This document shows, piece after piece, positions 9,649-18,323 of a stretch of DNA of 64,000 bases. The stretch spans positions 1-64,000 of the forward strand of contig JBGAJQ010000009.1 in the NCBI GenBank assembly GCA_044224875.1, given 5' to 3'. The position numbers and the translations under genes were made by a program. The first letter of the stretch is position 1. Every line of letters begins with the position of its first letter. The DNA is from Gemmatimonadaceae bacterium. GTDB taxonomy: Bacteria > Gemmatimonadota > Gemmatimonadetes > Gemmatimonadales > Gemmatimonadaceae. The notes under the pieces are model-generated. The model was not told the origin of the DNA and did not search any database. It worked only from the letters and a program-made list of their open reading frames with translations.

Positions 9649-11001
9649 ATGTCAGAGCCCAAACACGAGTCGAGCCCCAGTACACAAACCGTCTGCTCAC
9701 TTGTGCTGCCCGACAGCTCGCTCGTTGAGATGATTCATGACCGCGCCGCCAACCAGACGGGCTTTATCGTTGGACAAGGCGACACTCTTGTCACCGCATC
9801 GTCGGTCGAACTCGGAAGCAGTTTACGTGCGGTTCCGTACTCGCCCCGCAACAATCTCCTCACTCACGATGTGATCCTGTTGGCTTCAGGAACGCTGGAG
9901 TATGGAACTGACGAGGAGTTGCTTGCCGATGTTAGGGCATTCATCAATCGCTACTGCGATCTAAGCGACGGCTTTGAAGAAATAGCCGCACACTACGTCG
10001 TATTCACGTGGATCTATGATCTCTTCAACGAGGTTCCGTACCTTCGTGTACGGGGCGACTTCGGAAGCGGCAAGTCCCGTTTTCTGCTTACTGCCGGTTC
10101 GGTTTGCTACAAGCCCATCTTCGCGAGCGGAGCCTCGACGGTGTCCCCTCTGTTTCGAATCCTGGACGCGTTCCGCGGCACCTTGGTGATGGACGAAAGC
10201 GACTTCAGCCTATCGGACGAGCGAGCCGAGGTAATCAAGATTCTGAACAACGGCAACGCTCACGGATTCCCAGTCCTCCGAAGCGAGGCCACGCCGACGA
10301 AAGAGTACAACCCTCGCGCGTTTCATGTCTTTGGGCCAAAGATCATTGCCTCCCGCGGGCACTTCGCCGATCGGGCGCTGGAAAGCCGCTGTATCACGGA
10401 GGAGATGGGCAGGCGAGCCCCTCGCCCAGAAATCCCTCTGAACCTTCCTCCTGAATTCAACGAGGAAGCATTGCTCCTGCGAAACAAGCTACTGCTCTTC
10501 CGGTTCAGGAACCGGGGCAAGCCTCGGAGGCTTGTACAGCCACATGATGAAAGAATTGAGCCGCGGATCTCCCAGATATTTGCACCGCTGATCGCGACGA
10601 TGAGCAGCCCATTAGCGAAGGAGCGACTGTATGCTCTCGCCAGGCGTTACAGCAATCAGCTCGCGGCTGAACGATCCATGAGTCTCGAGGCACAGCTGCT
10701 CGAAATCATCCACGACCTGCTGAAAACCGAGCGCGTCATCACAGTGAAAGACGTAGCCGCCAAATTCGAAGAGATGTACGGTGCAGAGTATCGGCGACCA
10801 ATTACGCCTCGGTGGATTGGGGGGCTACTCCGAAAGCGACTCTCCCTCGGCCCGGTCAAGAGCCACGGTACGTTCATAATTCCCGCCTCTGACCAGCAGT
10901 CGCTGTCACAGCTCTTTGCTCGATACTCCATCGCGACAGACGGGGACGTTGGGGATGTTGGGGACGTCGAGCGCGGTGTAGAGGCGGATTCTGCGGCTTA
11001 G
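9649..11001 (+). CDS. DUF3631-like P-loop protein (mobile-element replication/helicase-associated)
   Basis: VPYLRVRGDFGSGKS Walker A, TLVMDESD Walker B, ALESRC arginine finger, winged-helix-like C-terminus. Confidence 0.75.
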   Translation: MSEPKHESSPSTQTVCSLVLPDSSLVEMIHDRAANQTGFIVGQGDTLVTASSVELGSSLRAVPYSPRNNLLTHDVILLASGTLEYGTDEELLADVRAFINRYCDLSDGFEEIAAHYVVFTWIYDLFNEVPYLRVRGDFGSGKSRFLLTAGSVCYKPIFASGASTVSPLFRILDAFRGTLVMDESDFSLSDERAEVIKILNNGNAHGFPVLRSEATPTKEYNPRAFHVFGPKIIASRGHFADRALESRCITEEMGRRAPRPEIPLNLPPEFNEEALLLRNKLLLFRFRNRGKPRRLVQPHDERIEPRISQIFAPLIATMSSPLAKERLYALARRYSNQLAAERSMSLEAQLLEIIHDLLKTERVITVKDVAAKFEEMYGAEYRRPITPRWIGGLLRKRLSLGPVKSHGTFIIPASDQQSLSQLFARYSIATDGDVGDVGDVERGVEADSAA

Positions 11002-11055
11002 AATCGCGCGTCGGCACGCGCATGAGGAAGCTGCGGAGATGTCCCCATGTCCACC
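10942..11055. repeat. Convergent GGGGAC repeat arrays (right)
   Basis: GGGGACGTT-GGGGATGTT-GGGGACGTC at 10942-10968 and inverted ATGTCCCCATGTCCACC at 11039-11055. Confidence 0.7.
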
Positions 11056-11374
11056 CGCGCTTGCTAAGCAGACGCGTGGACCGACGAGAATGATGTGATC
11101 GTCCCCGTCGCATTTGCAACTCTTTGACGGGCATATCGCGCAGGTACGATTGAGGAAGAACTCTGGGTCTCAACGACCCGGAATTAGTCCTTTTCGAACT
11201 CGCGTCACGGGCTAGCAACAGCAGTTCGCAACAACGGCAAGCGTTAGGCATCGCTTGTACCGACCGAATCGCCGTCCACTCAGAAGCAATCACCTGGGGC
11301 GGCTGGTTCGATTTACGACGGTCACCCCTCTCACTCGCGCCCTTTCATGGCGCGCGACCAATCGGGGAGGACCC

Positions 11375-12388
11375 ATGACCAATCGTCCAAGAAGATCAGC
11401 GCAATTCCACAGCCCTGCATCAAGCGTCGAGGTTACACCACATGAAGTGCCTGCCGATTCCGAAACAAACGGCACGACGCCTCTCTCGAGCATAGAGCGA
11501 CGGCGCGCCGGGCGCCGGCAGCAGCTCGCGGTGTCAACATGGCTCATTCCATCGGAGCGCGATTCTGTAGATGCGGCGGGCTTTGGCACGTACACTGCGC
11601 TTCATCGGGAGTCCATGCAGGACGTAGCTGCTGACTTGCGCTCAAACCGGGCGAATGCGGCCATCATATCCGCAGGGCGGGTTGCCGATCAGAACGCGCC
11701 ACTGGTTTCCTCGATCGTGCGCGGTTTTCCCGGAAGTCCCGTTCTCGGATTGGTCCTGCATGCTGAGGGTGACGCCCTCATCGAAGGCGCGCGGGCGCTT
11801 GGTGAACTCGGGGTGACGGACGTTGTAGATGGCCGGAGGTGTTCAGGATGGAATCGGCTTCGCGCGAGCCTGGATGCCGAAGTGATTCTTGATCCAGCGC
11901 GTCGCGCCGCGATGATCGCAATCGAAGCGGAACTGGGCGATGCACCGATTGGTTGCAAGCGCTTCCTATTGCAGACGTTTGCGTCGACAACGGCCAGGGC
12001 TAACGACCTTGCTGCGCACTTGAAGGTAGTTCCGAGTACTCTCATGTCGCGATTTCAACGAGCACGGCTTCCGTCGCCGAAACAGTACCTACGCTATGCT
12101 CGTTTGGTGCGGGCAGCCTTCCTCGGTGAGGCACGGGGCCGGTCGTGCACCGAAATCGCTCACCTGGTCAACGCGTCGTCACCACAAAGCTTCGGAAGGT
12201 CAGTTCGTCTCGTGATGAGGATGTCAGTCGTACAGTTCCGGTACAGTTTCAAAGGCGATGCGATGGTTCGCGTTTACGTGCGAGAAATGATCATGCCTCA
12301 TCGTGAGATTCTGCGAACCTTTGATCCGATCATTTCACCCTGTGAGCGGAATCGCAAGTTAACCCTACCGTCGCAACCGACGAGTTAG
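11375..12388 (+). CDS. AraC-type HTH regulator with a receiver-like N-terminal domain
   Basis: GGAGG RBS before ATG 11375; LAAHLKVVPSTLMSRF...SPKQYL...SSPQSFGR double-HTH pattern. Confidence 0.75.
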   Translation: MTNRPRRSAQFHSPASSVEVTPHEVPADSETNGTTPLSSIERRRAGRRQQLAVSTWLIPSERDSVDAAGFGTYTALHRESMQDVAADLRSNRANAAIISAGRVADQNAPLVSSIVRGFPGSPVLGLVLHAEGDALIEGARALGELGVTDVVDGRRCSGWNRLRASLDAEVILDPARRAAMIAIEAELGDAPIGCKRFLLQTFASTTARANDLAAHLKVVPSTLMSRFQRARLPSPKQYLRYARLVRAAFLGEARGRSCTEIAHLVNASSPQSFGRSVRLVMRMSVVQFRYSFKGDAMVRVYVREMIMPHREILRTFDPIISPCERNRKLTLPSQPTS

Positions 12389-12391
12389 AAC

Positions 12392-12425
12392 AAGCGCGGG
12401 CATCCGGAAACGGGGCCCGCGCTTT
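12392..12425 (+). terminator. Rho-independent terminator
   Basis: AAGCGCGGGC...GAAA...GCCCGCGCTTT right after the AraC stop. Confidence 0.65.
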
Positions 12426-12637
12426 CTAGTGAACGCAAGGAGTGGACACTGCAGGCTGCATTCTTCTAAAGAAGGGGTACAATGAATTTGAGGTGTGAAC
12501 GACGAGCGCCCTTAACGGCGGAGTTGGCGATCATCCGCACGTGGCGCGAATACGCGTTCCACCGAAGATGCGTCGATGCCGATCAGTTTGCACTTCTGGC
12601 ATCGGCGACACAGAGCGATACGCTAGCTGTATCGTCC

Positions 12638-13024
12638 ATGTTCATTGAACACTTAACATCATATTTGCGCACGTTCCGGCGTAGAACTGGCCTCTCTCAA
12701 GACGAGATTGCCTTTTTGATATGCGGAGGATGCGAGCCGGAAAGAACCAAGAGTGCATGCCCAGCGACAGGCACTACGGTGTCTCGACACGAGCGAGGCG
12801 AGCAGCGGCCATCGCTGGAGATCCTGATCGCGTACGAGATAATCCTCGGCACGCAGCTAAACAGCATTTATCCAGAGTGGTACGCAGCCTTACACCAGCG
12901 GATCCGTCACCGCGCCGCCGCGCTGCTGGGCGAACTCCTGGAAGTGCCTCCGAGCCCCCGCCAGAAACAAAAGGTCGCAGCGGTAAGGCGAATCGTGGAG
13001 TTGAGTAACTCGTTGGAAGCATGA
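12638..13024 (+). CDS. XRE-family HTH transcriptional regulator
   Basis: YLRTFRRRTGLSQDEIA...TVSRHERGEQRPSLE; start at ATG 12638 more likely than 12482. Confidence 0.8.
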   Translation: MFIEHLTSYLRTFRRRTGLSQDEIAFLICGGCEPERTKSACPATGTTVSRHERGEQRPSLEILIAYEIILGTQLNSIYPEWYAALHQRIRHRAAALLGELLEVPPSPRQKQKVAAVRRIVELSNSLEA

Positions 13025-13542
13025 TCCCAGAGTGGTACCACAAAAGAGTCCGTGTGCTTGCAATCGATCCAACGTCCAAGGGTTTCGGGTTCGCCGTAAT
13101 TGAAGTTGACCTCTTTCTTGTCGACTACGGCCTTGCGCGCGTGTGGTCCCCGCGGCTGCGAGGATTCATCGACAAGGCCTACGGCATTGTTGAAAAGTAC
13201 CGACCAGTGATGATCATTCTTCCGAGAGCCAGTTCCACGAAGGCGCGAAGGAGAACGCGCGCAAAAGTAGCCGCGCTTGCTGCGCATCTGCGGCTACATC
13301 ACCACGCAGTTGCTGTGCTCCCACGGGACATTGTTCTCAAGACATTTGAGCCTTCGGGAACGACGAAGTACGAAATCGCGACTGCGATCGCTAATGCCTT
13401 CCCCGAGCTGACCAGCAGGTTGCCCCGAAAGCGACGGCCCTGGATGAGCGAGGACGAAAGTATGAATGTCTTTGACGCCGTCGCGCTCGCGCTGACCGTA
13501 CTGTCGAATCCGCGGAGCTACTGGGAGAAGCACCTCGTCTAG
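13021..13542 (+). CDS. RuvC/RNase H-like fold protein
   Basis: RVLAIDPTSKGFGFAVIE strand 1 and C-terminal FDAVALAL; ATGA overlap with the XRE gene. Confidence 0.7.
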   Translation: MIPEWYHKRVRVLAIDPTSKGFGFAVIEVDLFLVDYGLARVWSPRLRGFIDKAYGIVEKYRPVMIILPRASSTKARRRTRAKVAALAAHLRLHHHAVAVLPRDIVLKTFEPSGTTKYEIATAIANAFPELTSRLPRKRRPWMSEDESMNVFDAVALALTVLSNPRSYWEKHLV

Positions 13543-13559
13543 GCGACCAGGTTGATCGG

Positions 13560-14867
13560 TCAACCACGCTTTCCGGTTCGTTGCGGACGGCTCGTTCCGA
13601 GCCAGGATGCGATACTGTTCGCTGTGCGGTTCGCTGCTCGCTTGACCGGGTCATCGCCAAGGTGAGCGTAGCGTTCGGTCGTGGAAGCGCGCTTATGACC
13701 CAGCAGTGACCTAACGATCAGCAAGGACTCACCGTCGGCCGCGGGCACCGACGCATAAGAATGTCTCAAGTCGTGTAGCCGCACATCTTCGAGACCTGCT
13801 GCGTGCCGCACGGCATACCAGACACGCTTGATCTCTTTCAAATGTTCGCCGGGCTTTGAGCCGGGCAGGACGTACGGGTTTCCGGCGATCCGCGGAAGTG
13901 CCTCTATTATAGATGCAGCCGTCTGCGAGAGCGGGCGGTTCACCTTGCCCGTCTTGCTGTCCGCCAGGCGAAGGTAGCCTCTTTCAAAATCGACGGCATC
14001 CCAGCGCAGCGTCAGGATCTCACTCTCGCGGCACCCGGTGAGCGTCAGCAACCGAATGGCTGCAACGCTGAACGGATTCGCCGGAACCGGAGTGTCCGCA
14101 CTCTTAGGGCGGTGCTTCGCCGTTGCTGCGCTTTTGGGCTGCTGACGGTGTTGCGGCGCAGGCAAAACACCCTCGCGCTCAGCTTTTCCCAGCGCATCAC
14201 CCAGCTTGCGAAACTCCTTGGGTGTGAGAAAGCGCTCCTGCGCGGTCTCCGGATAGAGTTCGACGCCGCGCGCCGGGTTGTCATACTCGGCTCGCACGCC
14301 CTCTCTGGCTGCGTACGTGAAAAACGCGCCCAGGAGAGCTACGAGCCGGTTCGCCACATACGGTGTTGTCCGTAGCGAACGATGAAGCCGGCGTAGTTCG
14401 TCAACCGACACGATCGCGGCCTTCTTTGTTCCGAGCGCGGGAAGAACGTGTTTCTTCCAGAGTCGCTTGTACTCGCTGGCAGTCGTGGGCTTTCGGCGCT
14501 CGTCCACTTCTTCCAGGAAAGACTCGCCGAGCTCGCGAACCGTTTTTTCTCCGCGGACAGCCCGCCGTGATTCGAGTGGATCCTGGCCGTCGCTGACCAA
14601 CGCGAGTTGACGAAGCGCGGCAATACGCGCTTGTTCGACGGTCATGGGTCCGAATACGCCCAGCGACAGGCGGCGAAACTGATTGCTTCCACGTGGCCGG
14701 TAACCGACAACGAACGCCTTTCTTCGATGGACTTGCCCGTCTGTGGCGGTTCGTTCCGTGACTCTTACCCCGAAACCCTTGAGCTTGGCGTCCCACACGA
14801 AGTAGTCGCAGTTGGGCGAGAACTCGAGGGAATCGATGATTCGTTTGGTGAGGTTAGCGGTGGCCAT
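13560..14867 (-). CDS. int: Tyrosine recombinase/integrase with arm-binding domain (P4-like)
   Basis: VWDAKLKGFGVR arm domain; TGCRESE (R), DSKTG (K), HDLRH, LLGH and TERY catalytic residues; next to the tRNA att site. Confidence 0.95.
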   Translation of the reverse strand: MATANLTKRIIDSLEFSPNCDYFVWDAKLKGFGVRVTERTATDGQVHRRKAFVVGYRPRGSNQFRRLSLGVFGPMTVEQARIAALRQLALVSDGQDPLESRRAVRGEKTVRELGESFLEEVDERRKPTTASEYKRLWKKHVLPALGTKKAAIVSVDELRRLHRSLRTTPYVANRLVALLGAFFTYAAREGVRAEYDNPARGVELYPETAQERFLTPKEFRKLGDALGKAEREGVLPAPQHRQQPKSAATAKHRPKSADTPVPANPFSVAAIRLLTLTGCRESEILTLRWDAVDFERGYLRLADSKTGKVNRPLSQTAASIIEALPRIAGNPYVLPGSKPGEHLKEIKRVWYAVRHAAGLEDVRLHDLRHSYASVPAADGESLLIVRSLLGHKRASTTERYAHLGDDPVKRAANRTANSIASWLGTSRPQRTGKRG

Positions 14868-14889
14868 TTCTGATCGTTCATTTCTGCTG

Positions 14890-14975
14890 TAGGAAGCACA
14901 TAGGAAGCAGTGGGAAGCGAATCTATGGAAATGGCTGGCAATGTCAAATTGATTCCATCTTTACGTAAGTCATTG
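14890..14975. promoter_or_regulatory. Putative integrase arm-type repeats and IHF-like site
   Basis: TAGGAAGCA at 14890 and 14901, TGGGAAGCG at 14911. TAAGTCATTG at 14966 has reverse complement CAA-N4-TTA, matching the IHF core. Confidence 0.55.
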
Positions 14976-15026
14976 CGCGCACGCGCGATGGATCGCTGTT
15001 TGCCAACGCTGGAAACCTCGAAGAAT

Positions 15027-15072
15027 CTGACTGTTAATCAGGAGGTCGGTGGTTCGAATCCACCCGCCCCAG
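15027..15072 (+). mobile_element. att site: 3' half of tRNA-Asn(GTT)
   Basis: CTGACTGTTAATCAG anticodon arm, GGTGGTTCGAATCCACC T-arm and CGCCCCAG acceptor 3' strand; no D-arm or TGGGGCG 5' strand upstream. Confidence 0.88.
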
Positions 15073-15097
15073 TCCTCTCAGTACGACTTGGACGACG

Positions 15098-15128
15098 AAG
15101 CGCCCCGCATGATGTGCGGGGCGCTTTT
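15098..15128 (+). terminator. Rho-independent terminator (original tRNA terminator)
   Basis: AAGCGCCCCGCA-TGATG-TGCGGGGCGCTTTT. Confidence 0.85.
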
Positions 15129-15304
15129 CGTTGTTGGCTGTCAGGACGTTCGCTACCAGGGCAGCGCTCCCCGTACGGTGCGAACGGCGATGAGGAATCG
15201 GTGCCTAGCGTGGAGAAGTCACGGAGATAGGTTCGACCTTTGCACATCATTCTCCACTATCGGAGGTCGCACGACAACCTCCGGCGCCACCTGCGAGCCT
15301 TGCG

Positions 15305-17134
15305 ATGAATACGCGCCGGCAGTTCCTGATTCGCGCTCCCCTCGGCGCCATAGGTCTTGCGGCGGCTTGCCGCAACACTGGCAGCACTGGCGACCAGACA
15401 GGTGCGCTTCCTGGCAATACGGCAACTCCTTCCAGCACTCCGGGTGCGCCGCCAACCTTTGGATCATCACCCGCCGCCGGCCCCCGGGTGACGTCAGCAA
15501 CGTTTGCCGAATCTGAGAAGCTCATGCAGGTGCAGCTGACGGACGACGAGCGGGCGATGGCCGCGGAGAGCTGGCGTCGAACCATGGCGCCGATGCTGGA
15601 GCGTCGCGTGGGCCCGCGCAGTGTGGCGTTGGCAGACTCGCTCGCGCCCGCGACCCTGTGGGATCCCGCGCGCGCCGTGGGAATGGTGGGTCCGGCACGA
15701 GACCGCTTCGTCAGGAGCAACAGCGACCCGGGGCCGCTGCCAGCCAGCGACGATGAAATCGCGTTTGCACCGGTGACCAGGCTCTCGCAGTGGGTGCAGC
15801 GGCGTGCCCTGACGTCGGAACGGCTCACCCAGATCTACCTGTCACGCATCGACCGTCTGGACAGCAAGCTGCGCTGCGTGATCACTGTGACGCGAGACCT
15901 GGCCCTCGAGCAGGCGCGCCGCGCAGACGCCGAGATCGCCGCCGGACGGTACCGCGGACCCCTCCACGGGATCCCGTGGGGCACCAAGGACCTACTCGAC
16001 ACCGCCGGAATTCGCACCACGTGGGGCGCCGAGCCCTTTCGCGATCGCGTGCCGACGACCGACGCTGCCGTCGTCAAGCAGCTGCACGACGCGGGCGCCG
16101 TGCTCATTGCCAAGTTGTCGTTAGGTGCACTGGCGCTCAACGACATCTGGTTTGGCGGGCAGACCGTGAATCCCTGGTTGCCCGAAGAAGGGGCCTCGGG
16201 TTCCAGTGCGGGACCGGGTGCGGCAACCGCCGCCGGCCTTGTCGCATTTTCCATCGGCAGTGAAACCGGCGGCAGCATCGTGAGCCCAAGCATGCGTTGT
16301 GGCGTGACCGGACTGCGCCCGACCTTCGGGCGCGTGGCGCGGACCGGCGCCATGACCCTCTGTTGGTCGCTGGACAAGTTGGGTCCCATGACGCGTGGCG
16401 TCGAAGACGCGATGCTCGTACTCAACGCGATTCGTGGGCCGGATGCCGGGGATCCGTCGAGCGTGGCCAGCCGTCTGGACTACGACGCCGGCGCGGCGGT
16501 TCGCGGGTTACGGCTCGGCTACTTCCCAAATTGGATGAGCGAGAGTCCCGCCACGGACGTCGACCGTCATGCGCTCGACGTGGCGAAGGGTCTTGGTCTG
16601 ACGCCAGTGGAGCTGCAGTGGCCCGACGTCCCGCACTCGGCGTTGATGCTCGTGCTGTTCAGCGAGGCCGCGGCGGCATTCGAGGAACTGACGCTAAGTG
16701 GCAAGGCAGCCCAACTCAAAGTGCAGGTACCCGATGCTTGGCCGAACCTGTTCCGAGAGGCACGGTTCCTGTCGGCAGTCGACTTCGTTCAGGGAGACCG
16801 GATGCGTCGTCGGTTCGCACACGAGCTGGCGGCGATGTTCGAGCGTGTCGATGCGATCCTGGTGCCTTCGCTCCGCGACGAAATGCTCACCGTGACGAAC
16901 TTCACGGGTCATCCGTCGCTAACGGTCCGAGCTGGCTTCGTGAACGTGAGTGAAGCGCGGAGCGACTGGGCACCCGATCCGGCGAATCCGCTGCCGAAGT
17001 TCAACCCGCCGAGGCGAGTGCCACACGGGGTGACACTGATCGGTCGGCTGTTCGATGAAGGAACGATCGGTCGTCTGGGCGTCGCGCTGGAGCGCGAATT
17101 TGCCGTCGCCGGAGAACGACCGCCCGGCTTCTGA
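15305..17134 (+). CDS. Amidase signature family protein, Tat-type lipoprotein
   Basis: TRRQFL and LAAAC signal; GTKDL, GSSAG and GSETGGSI (Lys-cisSer-Ser triad). Confidence 0.9.
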   Translation: MNTRRQFLIRAPLGAIGLAAACRNTGSTGDQTGALPGNTATPSSTPGAPPTFGSSPAAGPRVTSATFAESEKLMQVQLTDDERAMAAESWRRTMAPMLERRVGPRSVALADSLAPATLWDPARAVGMVGPARDRFVRSNSDPGPLPASDDEIAFAPVTRLSQWVQRRALTSERLTQIYLSRIDRLDSKLRCVITVTRDLALEQARRADAEIAAGRYRGPLHGIPWGTKDLLDTAGIRTTWGAEPFRDRVPTTDAAVVKQLHDAGAVLIAKLSLGALALNDIWFGGQTVNPWLPEEGASGSSAGPGAATAAGLVAFSIGSETGGSIVSPSMRCGVTGLRPTFGRVARTGAMTLCWSLDKLGPMTRGVEDAMLVLNAIRGPDAGDPSSVASRLDYDAGAAVRGLRLGYFPNWMSESPATDVDRHALDVAKGLGLTPVELQWPDVPHSALMLVLFSEAAAAFEELTLSGKAAQLKVQVPDAWPNLFREARFLSAVDFVQGDRMRRRFAHELAAMFERVDAILVPSLRDEMLTVTNFTGHPSLTVRAGFVNVSEARSDWAPDPANPLPKFNPPRRVPHGVTLIGRLFDEGTIGRLGVALEREFAVAGERPPGF

Positions 17135-17192
17135 ACGGCACGTCGCTGATATAAGGCGGTCGAGGCACGACAGATGCAACGCTCGCAAGACC

Positions 17193-17708
17193 ATGAACGA
17201 CCACCCAGGCACTTCTCCAGCCATCGAGACACAGGTACAACGCTGGGCGGCGATCATCCGGAACGCCGCTCGGAAGTATGGCCTCGTGGGTGCCGATCTG
17301 GACGAGCTCACTCAGGAGATCCGGATCAAGCTGTGGCAGTACCAGCAGCGGGAGGGTGAGAAAAGTCAGGGCCCTTCATCGTCGTACATGTATCAGGCGT
17401 CGATGTCAGCCGCGGTGGACATGCTGCGCCGTCGACGCGCCAACCGAGAGCGGGAGCGAGTACCGTTGGATGCTGCGCAAGACGTACCATCGCCAGTCGT
17501 CACCGATGAGGCGCATCTCGTCACGGCGCTCGAGCGCAGTCTCGAGCGCGTTGGCGAGTCACGGCGGCCTGCGGTTCGTCTGCATCTGACTGGGTATCAC
17601 CTCAGCGAGATCGCTCTCATCCTCCGCTCCTCGGAGGGGAGTGCGCGGAACCTGCTTTATCGCGGACTGCAGGAGCTCAAGGACGCCCTTCGGGAGGCCG
17701 ACTCGTGA
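17193..17708 (+). CDS. ECF sigma-70 factor
   Basis: DLDELTQEIRIKLW (region 2), AAVDMLRRR, and GYHLSEIA...SARNLLYRG (region 4). Confidence 0.88.
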   Translation: MNDHPGTSPAIETQVQRWAAIIRNAARKYGLVGADLDELTQEIRIKLWQYQQREGEKSQGPSSSYMYQASMSAAVDMLRRRRANRERERVPLDAAQDVPSPVVTDEAHLVTALERSLERVGESRRPAVRLHLTGYHLSEIALILRSSEGSARNLLYRGLQELKDALREADS

Positions 17709-18307
17709 CACGAACCGATCCATCCGACGACGCGTTGCGTGACGCGTATGAGCAATTGCTCCAGCGACGGTCCGCACATCCGGAGCCGGCGATCTCGCTC
17801 GAGGTGATTCGTGCGCTGGCCGAAGGATCGTACATCGGCTCCGACCTGACCCAACAGCTCGAACGCGTGCTGGCCCACCCGCACACCGCTCACGAGTTCC
17901 ATGTGCTTCGAGCGGTTGCCGCAGAACGGAGAACGCGACCGCGTCGATTGCCCGTGTGGCTTGGTGTGGCCGCGGCGGCGGCGGTCGTGGTGATGGTGGT
18001 GAGTCGCACCATGCCCAACGATGACACGCTTCGTTCGGGAAGCGTCGTGGAGGTCATCACGCCAGATGAGGGGAGGGCGTGGGGGGCTGGATCGTTCGTG
18101 TGGCACGCGGCCCGTGACGTGGCCGCCTACCACTTCGAGGTGCTGAACGCGGATGCGGCGATCGTGGACTCGCTCACGACGACCGATACGATGGTCGTCC
18201 GGCCGATGCCCACGGATAGCTCGCGCACGCCGTGGAGCTGGTCGGTCGCGGCGCGCCGACGGGACGGCTCCCTCGTGCGGTCTGCGCCGCGGCAGGTCGT
18301 TCCGTAA
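17705..18307 (+). CDS. Putative membrane-anchored anti-sigma factor
   Basis: GTGA-coupled to the sigma gene; short cytoplasmic domain, TM helix LPVWLGVAAAAAVVVMVV, beta-rich extracytoplasmic domain. Confidence 0.75.
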   Translation: MTRTDPSDDALRDAYEQLLQRRSAHPEPAISLEVIRALAEGSYIGSDLTQQLERVLAHPHTAHEFHVLRAVAAERRTRPRRLPVWLGVAAAAAVVVMVVSRTMPNDDTLRSGSVVEVITPDEGRAWGAGSFVWHAARDVAAYHFEVLNADAAIVDSLTTTDTMVVRPMPTDSSRTPWSWSVAARRRDGSLVRSAPRQVVP

Positions 18308-18323
18308 CGGTCCCTCACCGCGC

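Larger units (their letters stand above)
1..15072. mobile_element. Genomic island integrated at tRNA-Asn (left end probably outside the window)
   Basis: Integrase next to the tRNA fragment; recombinase, replication and regulatory genes; visibly more AT-rich at 7-15 kb. Inclusion of the czc genes is inferred because no second att copy appears in the window. Confidence 0.7.

Noticed and set aside
13021..13542. TnpB/IscB RNA-guided nuclease
   Set aside because: Only 173 aa; no zinc finger, HNH or bridge helix, and no room for a flanking guide RNA.
15000..15072. Intact tRNA-Asn gene
   Set aside because: No D-arm or 5' acceptor strand; reported as an att fragment instead.
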